64,000 nucleotides of DNA from Podarcis cretensis. Taxonomy: Eukaryota. Below the pieces are notes generated by a model. It was not told where the DNA came from, ran no database searches, and saw nothing but the letters and a program-made list of their open reading frames with translations. This document shows, one piece after another, positions 50,628-63,439 of this stretch. Each line of letters opens with the position of its first letter. Positions within the stretch are counted from its first letter, which is position 1. The stretch lies in assembly GCA_951804945.1 (NCBI GenBank), contig OX638149.1, positions 83,018,001 through 83,082,000 of the forward strand, written 5' to 3'. The position numbers were made by a program, and so were the translations under genes.

Positions 50628-53600
50628 ATGATTCCCAGAGTCTCATTCTTGCTGCTCTCAATCCTACTGGGAATTCTGGGGATCTTGTGTGTGGTGTTCA
50701 CAGTCTACTGGACCCAACACTGGCTTGGTGGCTTTGCCTGGGATGGTTCTTCTCAGATGTTTAACTGGCATCCAGTTTTCATGGTGACAGGCATGTTGGT
50801 CTTGACTGGTGCAGGTAAGTGAAAAGAGGATCCAATCCTTTTCTGATTTCCCCTCCTCCTGCCCTAGTAGCAGAACCGATATTAACATCCTATAGAGTGG
50901 TACCTCGGGTTAAGAACTTAATTTGTTCTGGAGGTCCGTTTTTAACCTGAAACTGTTCTTAACCTGAAGTACCACTTTAACTAATGGGGCCTCCCGCTGC
51001 CGCAGAGCCGTTTCTGTTCTCATCCTGAAGCAAAGTTCTTAACCCAAGGTACTCTTTCTGGGTTAGCTGAGTCTGTACCCTGAAGCATCTGTAACCTGAG
51101 GTACCACTGTATCCTTTTAAGTGTGTTTGTGAGCGGGGGGGGGGGGTATTTTATTATGTATCTTGTGTTTTTATCTTGTGTTTTTATGCTGTGAACCACC
51201 CTGAGATCATTGGCTGAAGGGCAGTATACAAAACAAGCAAACCTGGGAATCAGTGACTTGGCTATTTTGGGGGGATGTGGGATGGGTGCCTGAGCTATCT
51301 TGGCTCTAGTGACTTCTCCGCCTCTCTCTCCTCCAGCGGTGCTAGTGTATCGCGTGCCCCTCTCTTGGTCGGGGCACAAGCTGCCATGGAAGCTGTTGCA
51401 TGCAGGACTGACCTTGGCAGCATTCATCTTAATTGTCCTGGGACTGGTGGCCGTCTTTGAATATCACAACAAACAGGGCATTGCCAACATGTACTCCCTC
51501 CACAGTTGGCTAGGGCTTGGTTCTGTGCTGCTCTTCTCCTGTCAGGTGGGTAAGAACCTAAGAAGCTGTAGCTTGGTGGCAGAGCACATACTTTGCATTG
51601 GGTGTGGGGAACATTCACCCTCCAGATGTTGCTGAACTACACTTCTCATCATCCCTGAGTATTGGCCATGCTTGCTAGGGCAAATGGGAGTTGCTGTGCT
51701 GCAACATCTGAGGGCCAAATATCCCCCACCCCTGTTTTACATGCAGAGGGTACTTGGTTCAGTCCCAGTCACTTTTATGTAAGGTCGGAGCAGGGGGAAA
51801 CCTGTCTGAAACCGCCGCTTTTAGTGTTCGGGAGGGATACACAAACTTCAGGTTTGTTGAATCTACTTTGGGTTTTTCTCTTCACAAGAATCCCAAGAGC
51901 TACCAACCAGAGCTAGGTGCAAAAGACATATTTGGAATTAAATAAGGTGGTTGCCTCCTAGCACAATCTCAGCCCATGAAACCCAGTACTGGGAAAGTTG
52001 CCATTTATAGATCTAACCTCCTTGAATTCATCGTAATACTTTTAAAAGCAAAGTATTTTGGTGGGTTGTCACCAGTGCTTTTTTCTGGGGGGGACACAGG
52101 TGTACACATACCCCTAAACATTTTGTGAATTTAATTTTGGCCTCATTGAGGGGCAGTATTTCAATATGAATAGGAAAATGAGAATACTCCTAAACATATT
52201 TTTTTAAAGAAAAAAAGCACTGGTTGTCACCCAAATTGCATAGAAGATATACTTTTGTCTTAAACCTGCTGCCTGACACTTCTTGTATTTTGTGAGAGTG
52301 AATAATTTGTTGTAGCCACCCTTTTTATAAATATTAGCTTTCCTCCCTCTTGGGTAATTCCCCCCCCCCCCACTTAATCCCTTCACCATGTGCACACATG
52401 GTATTAAAAGTTTGTTTCAAACATTTTATTTATTTCATTTAAAAAGTTATCTGTAAAAGCACAGTAGATATTTGAAAAAAACTAGCCTAAATTGTTCACT
52501 GGTGGCTGTCTATCTCTCCCCCCCCAAGCTCTCATAGCTAGTTTGAGATTTTAGATCATGAACATAATAAAACAAATACTTCTGCAAATCTGGTTGCCGC
52601 ATTACTTGTGCTCAGTCCCTGTGCAGATACCATGCTGAGCCCTTCCTCCAATATGGGTTTCTGAAAAGATCCCAATTTCTTATCTCTTCCATCCAGTGGG
52701 CCATGGGCTTTGCTTCTTTCTTGCTGCCTTGGGCTCCCACCTGGTTCCGAGCCTTGTACAAGCCCATCCATGTCTTCTTTGGCTCTGCCATCATCCCTTT
52801 AGTTGTGGCCGCCTGCATCTCGGGCATCAATGAGAAGCTTTTCTTCAAACTGTGAGTTGCAAAACAGAGAGGGCTTGATACTGGGAGGAGGAAATAGTCC
52901 GCGCTAAAAAGACAATGGAGAGTATGTTGCTGGTTATTTACACTGGAGAGCGTTGGCAGTCTTCTGGGGTACAAATAATGAGGGATGAAGAGGAAGCTGC
53001 TCAGCCTGGTCCAGATCGATAGCAGTCATTATAAAGTTTGAAAGCAATGATAGCTTTTAGACCAGGAATAAGGAACATATAGTTCAGCAACATTTGAAAG
53101 GCCACTGGTTCTGTTTTAGAAGTACAGAAGGGAAATGTGTCCACGAGGCAATGGGGAACCTGAGAAGGCGGTTAAGCCACATGTAGCAGCAGCAGCAGAT
53201 GGGAATTGCAGAGCTAGTGTCTGGAGGCTTGTAATGTGAAGATAGTGTTCTGCTCAATAGGTCATTGTACACATTTCATTGAATATAAGATGTGCTCCAG
53301 CCTTGAAGCCAAATGCATTACTTGGGTGTCTGGGACAGTAGAATGGCTGTTGGTACAAAGCTACATATGGTGAAAGAGATTACGTGGCTTAATATAGATT
53401 TTTGGCACTATTCAGATATTTCCTTCTTTATGGGTCTCTGGGGAGGTGTTTGTGGTGCTATTGGCTTTTCATCAAGCATTTTTGCTTTTTGTCTGTACTT
53501 TTAGAACAAACACAAGCACACCCTACGCTCAGCTTCCTGCAGAGGCATGGTTTGCCAACATATTGGGGATGCTGATCCTGGTCTTTGGGCTACTGGTGCT

Positions 53601-56028
53601 GTTTGCCCTTGCCATGACAGTATGGAAGCGTCCAGATGTGAATTTGCAAGATACCCAAGAGGTGGTATAATTATTGTTATTGTTATTGACCTTTAAAATT
53701 TATTTATTTTACCACAACTATTTCCTGCCTATCCTTCAAGGCATCACACAAGGTTTTCTGTCTCCCCCACTACAATTTATCCTAACAACAACCCTGTGAG
53801 GCAGGTTAGGCTAAGAGGGACTGGCCAAAGACATCCACTGAGCTACGTGGCTGAGAGGGGATTTGAACCTGGATCTTCTTGGTCCTAGTCCAGCACTCTA
53901 TTCACTACACCATACGGGCTCGAACCCACCGATGTATTGTGGCTTGTAATTCATGTCTGTTGAGTTTAAATGGTAGTGTGTACTATCTTGGACAAAGTAG
54001 CAGAGGGATGGGGGAAGAATTTTTCAGAAAATGAAACTCTTGTTCAACTGTTGTTAGGATGAGAGCAGTGTATTGTGGTTCGAGGACCCGATCCCCGCAT
54101 AGTGGAATGAAAACACAAGGACACATGATATAAGGTTAATGGGCAAGAAAAGGCCACAACTTTATTGATTACAGCAAGTGAAAAGGTATTGGCTTAGGCA
54201 TTGGATTAAGTCATCTGACTCCACCCACTCGGAGAGGGGTGAGTCTAAAACAGGGGGGTTTATTCACCAGTAGGTGGAGCCTGTTGATGCTAATCCAACT
54301 ATAAGCTCTCCCCTGATGTCACCGAGGGTCGTGCCATGGCCTCCCGCCACGCAGGCATCGGACAGAATACACGACCGCCGGATTCCTTTAACGGAATACC
54401 CAAAATTGAAGGCGTAGGCGATGGCCACACCTAGCCCTTCCACACACCAAAGGGGGGGGGGCTTGGGTTGAAGAACTGTAATTTAACTGGTTTTTCGTCA
54501 CAAGAAAGCAACGGCGAACCCCAGCAACGTGAGCCACGCTCGCTGTAGGCTGCAGCTCGGGGGGGGGGGGGAACCCCTGGGGAGTCCCAACAAATGTCCC
54601 GCTGTCTACAGCAACTCTGGAGAATTACTGCCAAAACAGCTGTTTAAATTGCTCCCGTCAGCTGTTCGGCGGGAGGCTTAAAAGTAGCGGGCGGATAAAT
54701 GGTAGCAGCCACTTGGGCTAAGGCAAACGGAGGGGAAAGGTAATAAAAGAAGGGGTTAAGCCGGTTTTGCGGTAATATTAGCAACACTGCTGCAGCGGGG
54801 TGCAGGGGATCACAAATAGACACACACTCCCCCCCCCTTTGTTTTTGGAACCAGGCACTAGGAGTGGAGGGAGACAGCAGACTAGCGGATTTGGAAATAG
54901 AAAATTAGGAACCCCTGAAATTAAACCAAACACTAGAAGTGGGGGGAAATAGGGAAGTTAGTCCAAGGAAAAGTAAACTGAAGCAATTTACATCCAAGCA
55001 AAGATCCAAAACTCTCCCAGTACTCCAATCACAAGGAATTAGCTCCGATAGCAATAAACAGCCCCCCCCCCACTCTAAGCCTTGCAAAATACTTCCCTGG
55101 CTTCTGCAGACAGCAACAAGGGTATACCTGTTGACTCACGACGGTCCGACGAAGAGAGAGGCCAGGAGGCTGGCGCGGCAGCAATTTACACAGCCGTACA
55201 CGCCCCCTCGAAGGCAGCTGGTTGGGTGCCTGTCAGCAGGCGTGGGCGCCAGCCAGGTGAGTGGGAGGCAGGGGGCTAATGCCCCCTGCTTGAGGCGGAG
55301 TCTGGCCCCGACCACAACCACTCCCCTCTTTGCAGGAGAGTCTTTTTCGCAGTGTACACACGAGTTTCAAGTAGATTTGGAGCATCCCATGTTTACATGG
55401 TTTTTTTCCTGCCATCCACATGATTTTATCCTCCTTCAAGTAGAAACTTGCACCACCTCCCAATAATTCAGATTTATTTGATACACAGATAATGCAGTAA
55501 GGGGTGGGGGGAAATCCAACATAAAACCACATGCTACCCAAATATGAATGCACTAAAGCACATTATGTGGGTGACACCCATATACATACGTGTGTGATGA
55601 TGTTTTGCTGGGTGTCATGTTTTCATCATCACCTCTACTTCTGATGACAAGGCAGTTCTCAATGGTCTTCTGGTGGGGCTGAGTATGACCTCATATATGC
55701 TTCCCCCCCTTTCTTTTTTTTATCTGCTGTTTTCTGCAAATCTGGTATATCAGAAAACTGTATCTATATTTCTGTTAATGGCTGTGCACACAAGTAAGCA
55801 AATACCTGTGCAAATGCTCATAATGGACCACAGGTGTCCTTAAGTGAGGGAAGGGTTCTATAAAGTACTAATGGGGACGTACTAATTGAGGAGAGGGGGG
55901 ACAATAACACATAGTATGAGTATAGCCCATCAAGACCTGACCGATAGTATGGACAGGAGACACTAAACTTCATTAGATTTTGGGTTGTGGGTTTTTTTGT
56001 TTATATATATTAATCCACAAGGAACATG

Positions 56029-56075
<47 letters not shown>

Positions 56076-56460
56076 TGACATGTTCCTTGTGGATTAATTA
56101 TTAGTCTGACTGGCTTCCAACAGTTCTCTGTCCTCTTCCCTCATAGCCTCCATGGGTTTATATTGCAGAACATTTGTTTTGACAACACAGACATAGAATG
56201 ACAGATGTGTATAGTAGTGGAACTTATCCCTGGCAAAAGGAGCAACAGTATGGGAGCTAAATCCTAGAAACCTGGTCTGAATTTTCTCCGCAAGAGGGCT
56301 AGATTGAACATCATAAGCAATAGATAACATGTTCTGAGAGTTTAATATCCAAGGAAAAATTAACATCTCTCAGAGTGAGATAGAAAGCTTGTGGAATAAA
56401 GCTTTATTATTTACTTCTGGTGTTCTTTTTCTACAGCCCTTGCTACAGGAGCATAAATGA
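50628..56460 (+). CDS. CYB561A3: Lysosomal ascorbate-dependent cytochrome b561 family member A3, 243 aa
   Basis: Exons 50628-50814, 51337-51545, 52697-52851, 53505-53661, 56437-56460 total 732 nt. Heme-His motifs FNWHPVFM, WKLLHAGL, NMYSLHSWLG, KPIHVFFG; also SGINEKLFF and a C-terminal EPLL. Position next to TMEM138 matches the mammalian order. Confidence 0.94.
50895..51109 (+). mobile_element. Tc1/mariner-type MITE (same family as 41354)
   Basis: GAGTGGTACCTC...GAGGTACCACTG flanked by TA; high identity to 41354-41595. Confidence 0.85.
52073..52222. mobile_element. hAT-like MITE
   Basis: TIRs CAGTGCTTTTTT...AAAAAAGCACTG with a perfect 8-bp TSD GTTGTCAC (52065-52072 and 52223-52230). Confidence 0.8.
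53700..53915 (-). mobile_element. CORE/MIR-like SINE
   Basis: AACAACCCTGTGAGGCAGG...GGATTTGAACCTGG (B box on the minus strand)...CACTACACC. Confidence 0.5.
54074..55331 (-). mobile_element. LTR retroelement remnant: about 1.24-kb LTR plus polypurine tract, in the last CYB561A3 intron
   Basis: Inverted termini TGTGGTTCG (54074) and CGACCACA (55316). Minus-strand PPT AAAGAGGGGAG (55331-55321) 4 nt before the LTR TG; minus-strand AATAAA at 54161-54166; CpG-rich compared with flanks. Confidence 0.55.
56009..56098. repeat. (AT)n microsatellite inside a 24-bp perfect inverted repeat
   Basis: Arms ATTAATCCACAAGGAACATGTCAT (56009-56032) and ATGACATGTTCCTTGTGGATTAAT (56075-56098); AT tract 56031-56072. 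Confidence 0.92.
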
Positions 56461-56983
56461 AGCAGCAAACAGGAAGAATTGTGATCCAGACCTGTGTGGT
56501 GGCCTGTTCTCCACTGAGATCTTCAACCGTTCTTCCTTCTGTTTTCAGTGCAAGAGTTGAAACTTTAATTGTGGCACTGAATTGTTTGGCCTTCTGGGTA
56601 CTTTATTAATCCCCACCCCCACCCCACCCCACCCCACCCCACCCCTGGCTTGCTCTTGCTCAGTTGTTGAGCTGCTGGAAATCCAGGTATCTCTGAACAA
56701 TTCATTTCTTAGTTGCTATTGTGCCATTACGACAAGTTCCCAGATTTTAGTACTCCATGGACTTATTAGAAACCTAAATTATCAGATGAAATAAATGATT
56801 CCTTCTAATTGTTTTACTGTTGGATTTGCAGATGCTTCTACACTAGGTGTTTAGTGTGGAATTGTCATGCTTCAGGCATTCACTTTTGAATGGGGCATCC
56901 ATACAGTGCTGACATCCATGTATTGTCCTCCTGTGTTTTCCTGTGACTCTTGCCAGGTATTTATATGTGTTTAAGAACAGAAA

Positions 56984-57726
56984 GGACGCAGGTGGCGCTG
57001 TGGGTTAAAGCCTCAGTGCCTAGGGCTTGCCGATCGAAAGGTCGGCGGTTCGAATCCCTGCGGCGGGGTGCGCTCCCGCTGCTCGGTCCCAGCGCCTGCC
57101 AACCTAGCAGTTCGAAAGCACCTCCGGGTGCAAGTAGATAAATAGGGACCGCTTACCAGCGGGAAGGACGCAGGTGGCGCTGTGGGTTAAAGCCTCAGCG
57201 CCTAGGGCTTGCCGATTGAAAGGTCGGCGGTTCGAATCCCTGCGGCGGGGTGCGCTCCCGCTGCTCGGTCCCAGCGCCTGCCAACCTAGCAGTTCGAAAG
57301 CACCTCCGGGTGCAAGTAGATAAATAGGGACCGCTTACCAGCGGGAAGGTAAACGGCGTTTCCGTGTGCGGCTCTGGCTCTGGCTCTGGCCAGAGCAGCG
57401 ATGTCACACTGGCCACGTGACCCGGAAGTGTCTCCGGACAGCGCTGGCCCCTGGCCTCTTAAGTGAGATGGGCGCACAACCCCAGAGTCTGGCAAGACTG
57501 GCCCCTACGGGCAGGGGTACCTTTACCTTTTACCTACCAGCGGGAAGGTAAACGGCGTTTCCGTGTGCGGCTCTGGCTCTGGCCAGAGCAGCGATGTCAC
57601 GCTGGCCACGTGACCCGGAAGTGTCTCCGGACAGCGCTGGCCCCTGGCCTCTTAAGTGAGATGGGCGCACAACCCCAGAGTCTGTCAAGACTGGCCCGTA
57701 CGGGCAGGGGTACCTTTACCTTTACC
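56984..57726 (+). mobile_element. Two nested Sauria SINEs (inner copy 57166-57534)
   Basis: Outer TSD TTTAAGAACAGAAA (56970-56983 and 57727-57740); inner TSD TACCAGCGGGAA (57154-57165 and 57535-57546). Confidence 0.9.
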
Positions 57727-59657
57727 TTTAAGAACAGAAAAACAGCACAATTCTGAAGGTGTCTGCGGCCTTACCATTACTCATCCATCTTCTTAAAGGG
57801 ATGGAGTTTCAATGAGTGTGTCCAGATGAGGGTCTCCTACTGCTATCAATCATGACTCCCATTATAAGCAGAATTGCAACCGATTATCCACCTGCCTTTG
57901 GTGCTCTGATGCAGTGTCTGCATCTCATTATAGTTTGTCCACATGGTGGGCATGACATAACTGTATGGAGAAGGTTATATCCTTCTGTTTCTTCACCTGT
58001 TGGTTGGCTGTCACATGTCTCCTTTTCCTCACATTTTGAAGCCGGTGCTTCTTAGCACCATTTTAACCCCCTGCTTTGTGTGCCCTCCTGTGTGAATGTG
58101 TTTACACAATTAGCACAATTGCAAAAAACTTAAGAAGTAAAAAAGAGTGCTTACAGCTTACTTCCAAGTAAACATCATTAGAGATCAGGCTCTAAATCCC
58201 GTGGATTTCACTTGAGAATGACTAATCTCTACTTCAGTCAATTTTACAACCAGATCTAATTGGACAATCCAGTGTAGCCAGTTCAACAACCCAGCTAGAA
58301 AGCATGCTAAATCGATTCCCCGCCCCCTTGCTTATTGGTTGCAGTATTTTACCACAGCACAATTGTTAAATGTTTTTAATAGTGTCTGCAGCACAGGGGC
58401 TGGAGGATTGTGGCCCTGCAGGATTACTGCTGAAACCTACACCTTGGTACTTGGAAGTTAGCACTATCTTAATGCAGTTTACTAATAAAATAGCTAACTG
58501 AAGTGTGTAGGTTGAAGAAACCTCATTCTAGGGAACAATTTATTAAGACTGAAAGCTGGTAGAAAGGAGTTGGGGTGTAGGACATGAAATGATTTTTAAC
58601 CAGAAGTACATGGCAGGCCTTAGAGAAAGGAAAAGTCATCTCCAACATGTCAGCAACCTTCCTCAGGGAAAACAACTCCCAGTGTGGTTCAGATGTGACT
58701 TTTCCTGTGCACAACTGAAAGGAGATTGCTGTGCACTTCTGTTCTTTCCCTCTTTAACAGTAAGAAAAAAGGTGGAAGAAGCAATGGGAAAGCATGGGAT
58801 GATTATACTTGGCGTACATCCAGATGCCCTGTAAAACTGCATGGTGGAGGCATACCAAATACACATTAAAAGCTTCAGAGAAGGCATAATGAACACATAT
58901 ACTGAAAGCCTCTTAGGGAAGCAGCCAGTGTGTGCCATGATCTATAAGCAAGGACAATAATAATAATAATAATAAAATTTTATTTATATCCCGCCCTCCC
59001 CAGCCGAAGCTGGGCTCAGAGCGGCTAACAACAATATTGCCATTCAATGTACCATTGTTATCTTTCTAGTTGGAGTCATTCTATCAACCCCATTCATTTT
59101 GTTTTCACTCATCGTTAGATTAGCTCTGTAGTTTATTTTGTTGGTAGACACACATACGCAGCACATATATTTCTACCATAGGACTCTGGTACACCATGGT
59201 GACTGGTAGGATAGAAAGTTAAAGATAGAACCAGAGCCACCCTCCTCTCTGCTGAGTTGTAGAAGCAAGACTGAGACTAAGGCAGCCAGGACCAATCCAT
59301 GGTCTGGATGCTAAAGTAGGATGGCAGGCATTTGGGGCTGACTGGGGGCAGACTGGGACTGGTGGGGCAGTGCCCTGATTCATACCTCCACTGGTGCTAC
59401 ACAAAGGGTTATGCCTTCCTTTTTTCTTTGTTGCAGCTACCACCTAGTAAGAGTTCCTTAATACATCTGGGTCATCTGTCAAAGCGAAGGACACTTTGGC
59501 CTTGCTCTCACATGAGGCTACTTCTTGGTGATTCTACATTGGTAGCAGCCAATGCATAATATGTATTGGGATGCCTTGTCTAGTCTGCAGAATGCACACC
59601 GCTTTTTCAAGATGTCATGCGTTTATGTTTTTATTATATCCTCCTAAATACTTCCTG

Positions 59658-59963
59658 TAAAGTAAAGGTAAAGGGACCCCTGACCATTAGGTCCAGTCAC
59701 AGACAACTCTGGGGTTGCGGCGCTCCTCTCGCTTTATTGGCCGAGGGAGCCGGCGTACAGCTTTTGGGTCATGTGGCCAGCATGACTAAGCCGCTTCTGG
59801 TGAACCAGAGCAGCACACGGAAACACCGTTTACCTTCCTGCTGGAGCGGTACCTATTTATCTACTTGCACTTCATGCTTTCAAACTGCTAGGTTGGCAGG
59901 AGCAGGGCCGAGCAATGGGAGCTCACCCCGTCGCGGGGATTCGAACTGCCGACCTTCTGATCA
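59658..59963 (-). mobile_element. Sauria SINE, 5'-truncated
   Basis: Reverse complement of the 29744-type body with tail AAAGGTAAAGG; the start of the head is missing. Confidence 0.85.
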
Positions 59964-62900
59964 GTGATCTGCTTACTTTTCCAGTAACAAATGAACATAA
60001 CCTTCTTTTGGGGAGGGGAGCCATTCCCCCCCCTCCCATGGCAACATAGAATATATAGAGGTACAAATTAGAAAGTGATATTCAGGACGATGTTTGAATT
60101 ATTCTAGAACTATGTTTTACCACATCCCTTTTTCCAGCATTCTTACTAAACAGCTCATCTTCAACTAGCCTGACATAAGCTGACAAGTCATTATTTAAAT
60201 TTTTATATAGAGATTTCGATCCTGCCATTCTAGTAACTAGGTATGAGATTAGCTCTCCTAGTTCAAGGCCAAGCATTTATATGATACTTGTGACTTCTCT
60301 GATATATATCTTGTTTTGCTGAGTCACCTCATCTGTCATTTTTGGAACTATAAACTATGTACTATAATGTCAGTAGTGTTTGAGGGTGCTTATGAAAGAC
60401 AGATTGCTTTCTCCACGGTTAACCACATAAAGATTCCATCCCATACCGAAACAAGCAGTGGGAAATGGTCTCTTCCTGGCTGAGAACTATTTCTTGGCAT
60501 GAAGCTAAATTTGCACTTGAATAACACTTACTGATATCACCTGATTCAGAGCACTGGTATCTGGCTTAGTTATTCCCAGCATGTGGTGCCTGCTTTTTTT
60601 TTTTGGTAGATTTCAGTCTGTTAGAACTGGTAAAAGGCCATCACAGTCTAATATACGCTGATTGGTGAAATAATTCTCCCTACCACCCCAGACCCATCCA
60701 TAAACATACATAATACTCTTTCAGTCATCAACAGCTCCTCCTAAGTCTCATTCTTGCCACCTTTCTAAAACATGCAATGATTTCTTCTTCTCTTGGTTTC
60801 AAATGTGTTTCAGAACTCTTGTACATGCTGCCCCTGTATTTTAACCTAATGGCAAACAGTAGAGAATGCTGTTGCTATATTCAGGGGGAATTGAAAACTA
60901 GGTTTGTGCAATTAAAGTTAATTTGATACAGCATGACCACAAACCTTTCCACCCCAATCATACTTTTGTGATAATGAAAGTAATAGGGAAAAGCACTGGA
61001 AAGGGTGGGATAACACATGCTTGATGCATTGTGCAAGGAAATTGAATGTTCAATACACAGGTCACCTGGAGACAACCTTGGCTAGGTAAGGGTTGGGGCA
61101 TGCCTAGTCTTCTCTTCTATTCCTAGACAAAAAGAAAAGGGGGGGGGGGTGGAGCAGAGTACTCAGTCTCTTGTCTAAAACTGTTGTTTGGCATTTTTAC
61201 CTTAAAAGTACTAATAGCACTTCAGCAGTGTTGCTATTTTGTGGGCGGGGTTGTGCGAGAGCACCAAATTCACTTTTAATGTTTACTATATTTTGTACAT
61301 TGCCGTATATATCAACACGCTTCCACCCCCAAGTTGGAATTTTTGTGGCAAGAAAAGGAGGAAATGTCCTATAACGTAACACTTGCTTGAGCAACATAGT
61401 ACAACCTCCTGGCAAATAAATGCTCAGGAACAGTGGATATCATGTAAGATGTGGATGAAAGCTCCAAAAGAGGTGATTTGGAAGCAACATGAGACCAGTA
61501 TATGGTCTTGCAGTGCAATCCTAACCATGTCTACAGACCAATAAATCCTATAGATCTGAACAGGGATTACTCTTAGGTAAGCAGGGTTAGGATTGAAGCC
61601 TTAATGCTGTTTAGAAAGTTCCATTCAGTGATCTGCTTCTTGACAAATGTTCTTTGCAAATGTAGTGATTAGCTCCGTAGTATAATTCTAATACCATTTC
61701 TCCTTGCCTAGACAAGCCATTCAATATCAGGTAAGCTTTCTATGAAGAAATTGACTGAGTTGCATTATTCCAGTATTTGTCAACTAGATATTAAGCCACT
61801 GTTCCCCCTTTTGAGATACAACAGGAAACAGGAGTATAAACTTATCAGTATAAGTATAAAATTATCAGGACTGTTGCACACATGGAAGTAATTTAGCAAG
61901 CTAAGAATGAACATTTGAAAAGGTGCAATATTTCTAAGGTCTGAATATTTCTGTTTTCCTACTTGGGTATATATGTGTGCACATCTCATTCTCCTTAGTT
62001 ACTGCCACTAGTACAAACCTGGTTTATTGAGGACAGTGATTAGCCCAAGTCAAATATGAGCTTATCTATTCCCATGAAACAGTTTTTCTCTACAAAATGT
62101 AGTTTCAAAGGAGCATCCTCTTTGTATAGAGGGCTAGGGAACCTCAGGGCCAGGAGCCAAATGGAAGCATCTCCCTTGGCCATGTCTCATCACCAGCCTT
62201 GATCCATGCTCTCCTTGAGTGCTTTTCCTAGCTGGAGTGTGTCCTTGAACTAAGATAATGCTTTCTCTTGTTTACCTGGATGGAGAGGGTGTATGGGTAG
62301 AAACCTCTGACAGTTGTGTGTCCATAATGTAAACAAAATGTGTCCAAAATCCATTGCTCTGCTTACTTTTGCCTCTAGCCGTACCCACCATTAACATACT
62401 AACATAAGAAAAGCCTGCTGGATCAGACTAAAGACCCATCTAGTCCAGTGCTGTGGACCTGGGAACAGCCATACTTTCCAGCTTGTGATCCCCAGCCCCT
62501 GCTATTCAGAGGCACTATCTCTGATACTGGAGGTATTATGGTCATCATGACTAATAGCCATCTTATCCGCCGCAGATTTATCTAAATCACAGCTCTCTTC
62601 TGTTATGAAAAAAGCCCACCCTGGCTTCATCAGCAGGGTGGTGTCTAGAAAACTCAGTCAGCATAGCTGAGTAACAGATGTACAAACTTCCTGTTTTGTT
62701 AAATGTTATCAATGCATGGCTTTAATCAAAGATCTTCAGGAACAGCTCCTAAGTGGGGAGGTATTGCTGCAAAAATTATGAAGCAGCAGAGTGACAACAC
62801 AAGCAACTGCAAAGATAGGACTCTTTATTACAGCCAAATTTCATAAAGTACAAAGTAATGATCTCAAAACTAAGAATATAAAGCATAGACCTGTACTTAT

Positions 62901-63439
62901 GCATGGGGTTACAGAAACACCAGATACTATTCACTGCAAGGATGCTCTTGAGCCTGAAGTATTAGAAGCAAGGTACTATAAGAACATCATGTTGCCATTC
63001 TGAAGCTACTTCGATTCAATGGAGAGCCCTGCACAGGAGAGGAATGGTGATTCAACATTTTAGCAAGTCTTGAATTATGAGCTAAATCAAAGGAAGGAGG
63101 TATCACTGCACCCAGGACCCCTCCCAACCAGCTTTTGCCAGTCAGGATGGGCAGTCGAGCAAGAAGCTGGTCGCATCACTGTAAGAGTTCTGTCCACATC
63201 ATCAAGCCATATAAATTGAAATTGACCCCACAGAGTACTGCAAGGGGCACCTCAACTAGAGTTGCAGTAACAGTGACATCCAAGGCACTACAGAGCTGTG
63301 TGATTTTATCCCCAAAGCATTGTGCAAATGGCTCACAGCATGCTGCCAACTTCTGGTACAACCATACTCTGGAACACTCAAAACAATTCTGCTGCATGGC
63401 TCTTCGAGGATACAATAGAGGCAGCAGAATAATCTCCTA

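Noticed and set aside
54939-55466. 175-aa ORF in the CYB561A3 intron
   Set aside because: Lies antisense within the LTR-like remnant and has no gag/pol/env motifs.
58740-58950. Acceptor-like site followed by RKKVEEAMGKHG... frame
   Set aside because: Stops within about 25 codons, no recognisable homology, and lies beyond the CYB561A3 poly(A) signals.
60082-60340. Protein-like minus-strand frame (MLGLELGELISYLVTRMAGSKSLYK...) considered as a viral relic or TKFC exon
   Set aside because: No motif I can match, an in-frame stop immediately upstream and no convincing splice sites. A tblastn/HMM search would be needed.
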